Assembly: GCA_965153285.1 (NCBI GenBank)
Contig: OZ229113.1
Reading direction: 5' to 3' (one strand)
DNA length: 64,000 nt
Origin: Podarcis tiliguerta
Lineage: Eukaryota
A program made the translations under genes and the position numbers. The notes under the pieces are model-generated. The model ran no database searches. It was not told where the DNA came from and saw only the letters and a program-made list of their open reading frames with translations. This document shows positions 25,653-36,797 of this stretch, piece after piece. The stretch's first letter is position 1. Every line of letters begins with the position of its first letter.

Positions 25653-28600
25653 GTGTTATGTATGTGATAGAAGAGAGAACATGCAGAATCTGGATGATTC
25701 TATGTGCCAGCTCTGAAAGAAAGCCACTTACTACATTCTTGAACATGTCACAGTTAGAAGCTTTTCTAATACAGCAGAGCTATCAGGGGGTAATGCAAGT
25801 GAGAAACCACTGCTAATTTTTCATATTTCATTTTCTTTCTGCGCCAGTGTCAAGACTTCATAAGTTTAGTTGGTAGAAGAAAAATGCCTGCTTCATGGAG
25901 GCTCCACCAGTTTGCCCTGACTGCAGGTCTTCTGAATGTATCTCTCTGACGGCAATTCATCTTCATTCCTCCCAAGCTGACAGGATAGAGCCTTCTTACA
26001 AATTTTACAGCAAGCAATATTTTTATTGTTGTTCAGGAAAGACACCTAAGGGGGTTTCTATTTTATTTTTAGGGACATTTCTGGATGTTTTCACTATTAT
26101 GAATGATGACCTCTCTATCCCACAGAAAAAAGTGTAACTGTCATGTGTTTTTATGGATTGCTCAAATAGTTTGATTTATTATAGCACCATCCAACCATAC
26201 AATGCTGAAACTGCTCCTCATAAAGAATTAAATGTTGCCCCTCTCCCTATATTCCTACATGGATTGTGCTTCCTTCCAAATTCATAGTACCACCAAAGGA
26301 GGATTGTTAAGACATAGGAACTAGATTGTAGAAAAAGCAACTTGAGCTAAATGTGAAGTTGAATTTTATTTATTTTATATAAATATGGAACATATATAAC
26401 ATGTATAATGTATTTACTCCATAGTATGAGTCAATGTGGTTCAGATATGCAGCAAGGTAAAGTGGAAGAATCCTGAGGAGGCAGAGTAGAATGTACTATT
26501 TCATGCTGCAAAGTGGAGGAATGCTATACAAATAAACTCTCTGCTTTTCAAATTTTTGATTTGTAATGCATTTGCAATTCATCACAGGAGAGTAAGGAGT
26601 ATAAAATACAACTTTAACATGCAACTATTTGAATCGGTCAGCAGCAGCCCCAAACATTCCTCTAAGAACTGATGGGATCTGAGGGCACATTCAGAAACCA
26701 CTATTTTCTTAATATGGTTGACATACAAGGGAATGTATCAGCATGCCATTAGTTCCAATATGTTTTTGCTTAATTTCAAAAATGTATCCTCCCACATGCA
26801 ATGTCAAGTGGTTAATTCCATTTTACAGTGAGAGGACCCCAACATTGCTATCCCATTCCCACCTCACTTTGCTGAATGCCTGTTGAAATCATAGGTGACA
26901 TTGATTGGGAAATCAAGTTTGTGAAGTGGCAAAGGGCATTGACCAGCATCAAGGTTTTATGGGTGCTTGCAAAGAATGACTTACAAGGCCGCAGATTAAT
27001 AGCCACCCATCCCTAGTTTCTAGTCTTTGTGGTTGTGCTGATACACTTGAAAGCGCATAGGCAAAATGCTCAGTGATATCTCAGAGAAATGACTAAATAA
27101 AGTTTCCTGTGGTTGGGGCAGGGTTTTAGTGCCCCATGTACACTACCGACTTTCTCATTACCAAGATAGACAGAAAAAAAGCTTAGAGTGAATTTTGGAA
27201 TAGTGTAAAAACTGCAGAAAAAAAATGTAAGACTCAGACATGGGAAATTATCCACAATTAGGCATTTTGTCTCAATTTGCATCATTTCAACAGATTAAAA
27301 AATCAGATTTTTTTGATGCAGAATTTTGATTGTCCCATTACAGAATTTTCATTCATATTGTTATTAGTCCTACTCCTTTATTGTGTTGAATTATTAAACA
27401 TGCAAATGTGTTGAACTGTTGATTTGAGAACCTGTAACATTAACCTCCCAGCTTCAGTTTTGCTCTTAATGTTTTGGAGCTGCTGGTATTAAAAATACAG
27501 GAATTAACCAAAACGGGAAGCACAAAGTATTGTTTTTAGCTCTAAAGCTCTACTTCTGCTCTAAAGCTGAACTGGTTTCCCATTTTTAATTCCATGCGAA
27601 GTATGTAAGAGAGAATCATGGCCAATGACAGCTTTACATTTTTACAAACAGTTTGGACTGTGTTCCATTCTAGTCCTTATCGTTCTCTATGGTTAAAAAC
27701 AAACAAAATCATTTGCTCTCTGAAACTCATGTGATTCTGTCTCCATTTGATACTGTAAAATGCGTCAAGCGTATTTCTGTGCTTGAATAAACATAAAGGT
27801 AGATGTGTAGGTTATAATTCTAGTATCCTTTGCATCAGTGAAGTAAGAAATAACTGTTGGATTCAATTAAATCTGAGCAAAATATGACTCTGGGTTGACA
27901 TTTTACTTAAACACATGTTTCTGGTTTCAAATACTTGCAGGTTTTGTTTTAGAATATGCTCAGGGGTTGCAATTTACACACAGGCATGATCCAGCTCACA
28001 TTTACGCAGGCTAAAACACCAGCAAAATAAATGGAACTTCAAGGCAGTTAATTGCATGCTCGATTGTGGCACTGCTCGCATTCAGGGCATTGCTTTCATG
28101 CAGCATATTCTGAATTAAAACATGGGCAGTGATTATAACTTTTCCAATTAATTTAAACAGTAGTTTTTCTTTAATCAGCAGTTTGCCCACATGAATGTTC
28201 TTATGCTACCCTCACACTGAAAACGGTCGTGTTGAAAATTAACATGGTCTATTGTCACTCTTTAATGTTAAAATTAAACTTTTAATTTTCGTAAGCAATT
28301 TAATTATGTTGCCTATATTAGGTTGCATTTTAATTTTAATTAGAATTACAATTAATTATGTACCACTCTCAGTGCACTGCTGATTAATGTGAGGGGCTGT
28401 GTGTGTATTTGCATGGGTTATGGAACCAATAGGCTTTCTTTCCTCTGTCCTCTGAAGACAACGTAATTATAGACCTCCTGAGCTTTGCAGGTCAAGTATT
28501 CCAATAAATAGTATCTGGTGAGAATAGAAGGTTCAGGTACTATAGATATGTGAAATGTACTTCAGCAGAGAAGTGGAAGCACTGAGATTTTTAGATGTTG

Positions 28601-29497
28601 GTCAAGTACATCATCTGAAGCCTACAACCATTATGATAGGAACTTAATATATAAAAAAGTATTAAAACAGGTATAATGGCAATGAATGACTCTCTCTCAC
28701 GCACACACATTTCATCATCTCTTTACCAACTATCTCAGCTGCTATTAATTGCCATCCTTCACCCAAAGCTGTATTATGACATCACATGATAGTGGCTATT
28801 TCAGGATTACATCATTTGTGACTCATCAAGCCAAACACAGCCCACCTTTTATCTCAACCCACCAGGGGGTTCAACAAATCTCATGTTTTTGCTGCCTGGC
28901 TGAAACTGAAAAAAAGGGGCCTTGAGGGAACATTTTCATTTTTCTCTGCTAATCTGATACTCTTCTATATAGTACTTGTACTTGACACACACTTGTATTT
29001 GCTGATTGTTTCACTAGTGCAATCTGTTTCTGTTACTGCAATCCCCCTTTAGTGATTTGGGGGGGATTATGAGCCAGAAAATGGTCTACATCTAGCTATC
29101 ATGTGTAAAGTAAACTCTGATGATACGGTCTGTGCAATTCATATGTTTACAGAAGATTCAAGCAACCTTTGTGCCTAAGTTGTGTTGACAAGGTGGATGT
29201 GTCCCCAATATGAAAGTGGTGTTGCAGAGTAATGATGTATTACTTTATTATTACAAATGGGACGGAGGTAGACTGAGGTGTGTAATATTTGTAAATGGGT
29301 TCCTTGTGCATCTATTCACATGGTTGCACACTTTCCTCATAGCCATGCAACACAGCAGGCTGCAGGGGAACAGCAGAAAGGTTGTTTTATTGAACAGGTG
29401 ATAAACAGGACTACCTCTGAGGCCAGTTTACAAAGCACTAAACTTTAGTGTGTTTCCACCCTCTACAATATAAATTCCATCCACTGAGATTGTCAGG

Positions 29498-30064
29498 TGT
29501 CAGGGATTGGCTAGATGAAGAAAATTGGTGGGTGTCACCTGCCCAAGAACCCCGCCCCCCAGGAAAGACTTAGACCCCAGGTCATGGTTGTGGGACACGG
29601 GAGGGGGAGCAGTCTGGGGAAGTGGCAAGCTGGGAGGTGCTTGAAGCAAGCGGTTTAAGCGATCAAGGGGGGTCAGGTGGCCCTTCCAGGGCTGGAGGCT
29701 GAGAGTCTCAGTGTGAGTGCAGACTCAGACAAAGAGTCAGAGGTTTCCCTTACTACCCAGCAGCAAGACAGTTCCAGTTCTGCTAGTGTTCCTCACCACT
29801 GACACCCCACTCAAGGAGAATCCTGCACATTTCTGAGCAACGGGCCAGACAAGCCAAGAGGAGGAGTCCACCCCCTCACCACAGTCTCCATTTGCTTGGG
29901 ACGGATCCAGAGGCGGATCCAGTGGTCAGTTTTAGCAACGTCTCCAGTTAGATGAGGTGAGCCAGAGAAACTCTGCTGTGATGTTACTTTCTGTGAATAA
30001 AAACTGATTGCATTTTGTATCTCGAGTAAGAACTGCCCTGTGGATTACCTGTGCTCACCTGACA
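29498..30064 (+). mobile_element. Solo LTR (probably Gypsy/Ty3-type), copy 1, with decayed ORF
   Basis: TGTCAGG...CCTGACA termini, AATAAA at 29996, 567 bp long; 5' end TGTCAGGGATTGGCTAGATGA matches the minus-strand copy at 33800. No clear TSD. Confidence 0.8.
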
Positions 30065-30348
30065 GCTCCTTGGTGGAGTGTAGCTGCTATGTTAGCTTCC
30101 AGGCAGATGGGCTGGTGTTGCTTATTAGGAGGGAGAGGCAAATGCACCAGCGGAGCCATTGCAGCAGACCTGCTTGTGCACTTTCACCATGCCAACTTCC
30201 CTGCTACCTCGCCACTCTCCCCCTCTCCTGGTAAGCAACAGGAGCTCGCCTGCCCAAAAGCTTGTGTAGGGAAGCCACTACTGCAAAAGACCTTCACTCA
30301 TTAGCAGAAGGAAATGGCATCTTTTAATTTTCTTTTTTTCATTCCTAG

Positions 30349-31225
30349 TCTTTTTTGGCAATCACTCATAGCCAAGTAAGATTGTCTTCCTTGAATACGG
30401 AAAGTGTGACTGTGGAGGCTAATTCTGGATCCGTACATCCTTCCACAGTGGGGACATATGTTTCCAGGTGGGATTTGCCAAACATGCCTTCCTCTTAGCT
30501 CGTTTCTCCCTTTTGTCCTGAGTTCGTGCTTCTTCAACGTTCATGACGCCTTTGGCAGAGGCTATTCCCCAACTGGAGTGCTCATAGGCCAGCAATTCCC
30601 AGTTGTCAGTGTTTATATTACATTTTTTTAGATTTGCCTTGAAAGCATTTTTAAACCTCTTTTGTTGTCCATGGCATTACACTTACCATTCTTAAGTTGG
30701 GAATAGAGTAGTTGCTTTGGAAGATGATAATCAGGCATCTGAACATGACCAGTCCAAATAATCAGTGCTTTGACACTGGTGATCTTTGTTTCTTCCAGTA
30801 CAGTGACATTAATTCGCTTGCCTTCCCAAGTGATATGTAAAATTTTTGGGAGACACCATTGATGGAATACTTCAAGGAGTTGGAGAGGGCATTCATAAGT
30901 GGTCCATGTTTCACAAGTGTACAGTAAAGTTGGTAGTACAATAGCTTTGTAAACAAGCATTTTGGTTTCCATGCAAATGTCCTGGTCCTCAAACACTCTA
31001 CACTTTAGTTGGGAGAAAGCTGCACTCACAGAGCTCAGGCAGTGCTGGATAACTGCCTAAGTGGGAAAAATGATTGACATCTTCCAAGGTTACACCAAGT
31101 TGGATTCGTAGCATTGCAGGGGGGTAGTTTTGTGCTTGTTGATGCAGCACTTTGGATTTTTTATATTTATTGAGTGATAGGCCAAGCTTTCCGTAAGCTT
31201 CTGTGAAGGTATTTAGGATGGTTTG
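30349..31225 (-). mobile_element. RTE-clade LINE (not BovB), 3' fragment
   Basis: ORF 30628-31029 reads SAAFSQLKCRVFED...TKMLVYKAIVLPTLLYTCETWT...LPKQLLYSQLKNG, and a downstream CPHCGR...LHSH zinc-finger-like motif follows. The tail is shared with 58257-58340. Confidence 0.88.
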
Positions 31226-32736
31226 GTTTCATTCCTAGTACAGTAACATGCCAGAACAAAAATAGCTTCCAAAAAAAATAACAGGTGTGTTCTTCATATT
31301 ACTCTTATGGTTCAGTCTTATAGACGTCTACTCAAAAGTCAGTACTAGGAAAGAAGAGAACAGTCAGCTCACTGATTATAACTGGGCCCTACTGATCAGT
31401 TAATTACAATTTTACTTGCTTTATAATGGTGATTAAATATTGCAGCCTAGTAGTCATTCATGCATCTTTACAAAAACTCACATAACTGTGAAACAAATTG
31501 CTTTAAAGTGCTAATTAATTATCTGTTTCTGCTATTGTATGTCTGAATACTTTCTACCAGTCATTATGAGGCTTGGAACGTCAAAGAAAGGCATAAATGC
31601 AGCTCTGCAGAAGAACAGGGTGAAAATGTGTGTGCTCTCATTCTTATTAAGACATGAGTACTGGGACTGTATTCTTTAATGCCTCAGGATAGGTGAAAAT
31701 GAACTGACTGGCTCACAGCGAGGTTGGGACTGGCATAAAGATCAGGGCAACCTTGGCTAAGAATGCATTGCTCTTGAACAGCTATGCTCCTAACAGCTAT
31801 AATTGCATATCATGGAAGATGCTCTTGCTGAATCCCCATTGAAGAAATAATGCATCACAGTAGGCGCTGCAATGATGATACTAATGATAGTATCAAAGGA
31901 GGAGGAACAGCTTTTGCAACTACAGAATGTGGTGTCTTAATATGCACATGATTATAGTGATAGCCCATAGTGAATAATTGAATGAAACAGAATTCCTTTC
32001 ATTACACGACCTTTTCTTCAATTACTGCAATTCTTCCCACTGGTAGCTGTTCCTACCATATCTCTCTTTCTTGACAACTCAACATATTGCAAGGCAGTCT
32101 CTTACTGATCTATTCTAGTGTGTTAGATGTACACTGTGCTGATTGATTCCAAAAAGGATGGCTTTCACTGAGGAGAGATTCAGACAAGCAGTTGGGGTGA
32201 TAACAGAATTGGTGAGCTAGATATGCAACTGTTTTGAGTCTGAATATTGTATCTCCAGAGAGACAGAGAGAGAAGGACATACTGTATAGCATGCATTGGG
32301 ATCATATGTACCAAGTGTATAAATATAAGCATAAAATTGCATAACGATGTGGCTCTTTTATTTACTAATAAGGGATTTTAGTTTTGGTAATGCGAGTTGG
32401 CAGCTGGAAGCCAAATATATAGAGTTTTATTTTGCATGGTTTTACATTTTTAGTGAGTTCTAGGCATGCTTTTTGAGATAAAATCTTTGTAATTAATTGC
32501 TTTAAAATATATCCAGAATTCTGAGATTTAAAGTAGCTGTAGGTGAGCAGGAAGTACTTAGCACAAATTTGAGATACTCGTGCCAATCTGTGAGTTAGAA
32601 TAAGAGAGAAATGGCAAGCAATCTTGACATTTATTAAGCAAGATAAATATTTTGTTTCCGTTTCCTTTGTGACAGTCAGATGGGCCACTGGATTTGAATA
32701 AGCAGATTTTCCTTCTTGCCAGGTTTTCTCTCCTTC

Positions 32737-32873
32737 CTATTCACCACATTGAGCTACCTAGCTATTAAATTTGAGCCAGGTGACATTTTGCCAGAAGCTT
32801 GGTATTTCAATTTATATGCTTCCTTACTTTCTGGAGACAGATAGGAATTTGACAGCCAATCATCTACCTGCAG
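32737..32873 (+). repeat. Diverged direct repeat, copy 1 (partner 34041-34177)
   Basis: Shared blocks CTATTCA, TATTAAATTT, AGCTTGG, TTTCTGGAGACAGA and AATT(T)GACAGCCAATCATCTAC. Confidence 0.85.
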
Positions 32874-33235
32874 TTTGTGTTCACTGCAGATGGGATACGA
32901 GGTTAGAACCTAAACAATCTCCTCTGTTGTGAAGCAGAAGCCCAAATGGGACTACTGAAAATGGGGCTGTGGGGAGATGAGAGAGAAACTTAAGGAGTAT
33001 TTGGATATCCTGGTCTGCTAAAAGGAGATCCTGTGTACTTTGTTGTAAGACCTGAGGCCAAGATACAGCATACAAACACAAAATCCTTGTTTGCTTCCTC
33101 CACAAGTTGGAAATTGGAACTGTAAAGGATGAAGCATGTAAGGTACTCTAGTACAATATATTTTACATCTTGTATTTTGTGGGTGTGGGTGTCCCAATGG
33201 TATCTGTTAAAATAAAACATCAACCATGGTAACTC

Positions 33236-33800
33236 TGTCAAGGCTAGTTCAGCTGCAGGTCGGCACAGAGGCTCAGATACGAGCAGTAAGGTGGAGTCTT
33301 TCTTCAAGGAAACAGAATACTAACAGAGAAACCTATGGCATAACAGGCCCCAGTAAAGCAGCTGGCACAACTGACGATCTGGGCTTCTCGCTTCCCCCTG
33401 AGTCTCCTCCCCATCCGACTGTTTTCCCAGCAGTCTTAAACTCTCTCGAGAAGGGGAGAGGGGGCTACACTCTCTGTGCTCTTTGTTCCGCTACATGCAA
33501 AATTCTCCGAGCCCTTGGAGACAAGGGGGTAGAGGTGCTGAATACAGTAGGATTGGCAGACTCCTGTGAATCTGTTGCAGCCTCAGCCCCCACCTCCTCC
33601 TCAGCTTCCTCTTCTTCATCTCTCTCACTCAAGCCTGTTGCCTGTTCAGTATCCAACCAATCTTCTCCCTGTCCCCGTCTTCATCCTCTGGCCTGTCTTC
33701 AGTGTCCTGCTACCACTCCCCTGGCCCTGAGCCCTCCTCTTCTGAGGCTTCCCTAGGGAGTTTGCTGGCTGGAGCCTCGTCATCCAGCCAGTCCCTGACA
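33236..33800 (-). mobile_element. Solo LTR (probably Gypsy/Ty3-type), copy 2, with decayed ORF
   Basis: Minus strand TGTCAGGGACTGGCTGGATGA...CCTTGACA, 565 bp; contains the acidic-then-basic ORF 33465-33656. Confidence 0.8.
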
Positions 33801-34040
33801 ATCTTTGAGACAGGGCTGGGAATAAACATAACAGCAAATTACCTTTCCTACTGAAAACCTCCAACCAATAGCACACAACCCCAAACTGTCCTTAGGCTGG
33901 CAAATTGTTGTTGTTGTGTTAAAAAACACACTTTTGAACAGTTGCAATATTTATATACATTCCTTACCTCCCCATTCAATTGAAACCAGAGCCTTTTCAG
34001 TCAATTGCAATGGAGAATTCAAACACTCCTGCCTTTAGAT

Positions 34041-34177
34041 CTATTCATTGAGCCATCTAGTTATTAAATTTTTCCATATGGCTTTTTTCCAAGAGCTTGG
34101 CATTTCCATGTGTATGCTTACTCATTTTCTGGAGACAGACAGATAAAAAAAATTGACAGCCAATCATCTACATGTAG
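34041..34177 (+). repeat. Diverged direct repeat, copy 2
   Basis: Same shared blocks as 32737-32873. Confidence 0.85.
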
Positions 34178-36433
34178 GTAAAGAGCCAGGCATCTGAAAC
34201 TAATTGTTAGTACTCAGAAGTGTGCTGGAAAGTAAATTGTATATTAGTGTTCTTAAGGAAAACCAAAGAAAGCCAGAATGCTGGTTGTGGAGTTAGACAA
34301 AGGCAAACTAGCAATAAATTATTTGGCAAAGCCTAAACATGCATTTGAATAAGAAAAAAATACAAAACAAAAATAGGATTTGTAGCAAGAGTGAGAGGTC
34401 CATAACACAGCATAGTATGTAATTTGAGAAGTGAGATAGATATATTGCCAGTGGCTTTTGTGTGATTTTACTGAGTGGTTTTAGAGTACTTTCACAGTAG
34501 CTCATGTGTGAGACTGTGTGCATGCAGACTGACAACGAGAAGTCCAGGACCAGTTGGTCCCATTCAGGCTGCTGAACTGATCATCTTTCCCCTCCCTTCT
34601 GACAGCTGCCAGGTGAAAGTAGGTTCTGATATAACAGTTTAATCTGGCTCAACACCATGACAAAAATCTGTGTACACCAGTGGTGCGGTACAACAATAAG
34701 TCATAATAATTCAGGAATAAACTGTGAAAATATTCTAATTTATGTACCCAGTGTCAATGTCAAATTGTTGACGTAGCCTTGCCACACCAGTCCTTGTACC
34801 CAATTTTATGCACTCATTTCCCCGCATAGAGTCTCGTTTGAGAGAGCTTCAAGACATTAGCTACACCCTGATGTGCGTCAGGCTCATGCATTTTAAAAAA
34901 TGGATATAATATGATTTGCAAGGAGAATGCATACAAGTTCTCTTCCTCAGCTTTCAGTATTGATAAAGGAGTAGTCTACATAAACATGCACATCACTTGA
35001 CCAGCTGTATGATGCTGTCTGTGCGCACTGCTTACGCTAAAAAGTATATGAGGTGAAGCGAGTTGATATTAAAGCTCTCACTGTGCCATATCTGTGAGGA
35101 CCCATTGACTATCACATGCATCCAATCACCGGTATGGATGTGCAGGTGTAAGCTGACCCATTGCCATGTACAAAACTGGCACTCCTCTCATGGATCTGTA
35201 GACATATGAGACCTGTAGACCTATTAAGAGTTGCATCTGAAAAATTCTATTGCAGTTTAACCATAAATAGGTTCATTCCCTTTCCCCTCTTCTTTTCTGG
35301 CTCCAAGGTTTTATAGTTGTATTGATCTTTATGCCAATGAATCATTATGTTGTTGCAAGACCACTCATATTCTACTGCAGTATTTGTTCTGCCCCTAGGA
35401 AAAAAAAAAAAGTGTTTTAAGGAAAGCATAGCCCAATTATAGGGGGTGGATTGGAAGAAAGGAAAAGCAACACAAGAGTTTTCATTGAATCTGCAATCAA
35501 TAAAATTTGACCTCACCCACTGTTTAATTGGTTAGTTCTTTCAGACTGCAAAATGGTGAATTATCCTCCCAGGTTAGAAAAGCTGCTTTACAGCAGGTAT
35601 GTACATTTCTATTGATCTGGACAGGACACTAGGTCATAATTGCTATTTAATGGATAGTCAGTTATTTAAGAGCCCAGGCCATTTTGATCTAATAATAAAT
35701 TATAAGGTGTTCATAGGGAACAGAAAACAAGAGCTACAGGTGATTAGTCACATAATGTTATGATACAAAATATTTTAACTGTAAATTTTAGAGGTTTTGC
35801 CAATGAGCTAAGAAATGTCAAGAATTGACAACTGGGTGCCACTATTTCAGTTAACCACTAACTTTAATAGTTCCATCATAGTTATTGCCTCTCTGCAAGA
35901 CAACTTGGGAATTGCAGTTTTTCATCTGCCAGAGAGGGTTTTCAGAAATTACTCCATAATTTTGACATCTGGTTAATTCCACTCTGTTTCAGTTCTGGTC
36001 AGAAATTCAAGTTCTGACATGTAGCCTGGTGGAATTGTTCACAACTGTCCATAGTTTCTTCCTTTCTTTTTTAAAGTCAGTATTATTACTAGTGAGGTTT
36101 TGTCATAGTTTTGTGAAAGAGGGAGACATTCTTCGGTGGGCCTGACTCTTCAAGAAAGTGATGTGGTTATCATTTACCTGTTTCTAGGAAAAATAGTAAG
36201 GGAGGATAGGATGACTAGAGATATCATGAGCGTTTGAGCAGGAAAACTTGCAAAGGGAGTGCCCCACCATGAATACTTTTCAGCAGTATTTTCAGCAATT
36301 TCCTGCTTCCTTTCAGCAAGGTGGACAAGGCTGTGTGTTTTCCTTAATCTTTTCAGCTACCTCTACTACTCCTTCCCCTTCCTCCCCACCCCACTCCCAA
36401 ATTCAAGGACTTGCCTTCTCCTGGAGGGAAATT

Positions 36434-36492
36434 ACAGAGGTAGGGCTGTGTTCACACAAAACAGAGGTAGGGCTGTGTTCACACAAAACAGA
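36434..36492. repeat. 27-bp perfect tandem duplication
   Basis: ACAGAGGTAGGGCTGTGTTCACACAAA twice, followed by ACAGA. Confidence 0.95.
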
Positions 36493-36546
36493 AACCCTAG
36501 AAGTCTTCACAGCCACCTTCCCCTTCTCTAAGGATACATTCTTAGG

Positions 36547-36797
36547 CAGGTGTCAGCAACCTTTTTCAGCCGTGGGCTGGTCCACCGTCCCTCAGACCAT
36601 GTGGTGGGCTGGATTATATTTTTTTGGGGGGGGATAAATGAATTCCTATGCCCCATAAATATCTCAGAGATGCATTTTAAATAAAAGCACACATTCTGCT
36701 CAAGTAAAAACATGCTGATTCCCGGACCGTCCATGGGCCGGATTGAGAAGGCAAGTGGTCCACATCCGGCCCGCGGACCTTAGGTTGCCTACCCCTG
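36547..36797. mobile_element. hAT-Charlie-like MITE
   Basis: TSD TTCTTAGG on both sides; TIR CAGGTGTCAGCAACCT / AGGTTGCCTACCCCTG; paralogue at 58038. Confidence 0.92.

Noticed and set aside
33226-33756. 176-aa plus-strand ORF, the longest in the window
   Set aside because: It is the antisense shadow of the purine-rich LTR frame; the conserved peptide signal is on the minus strand.
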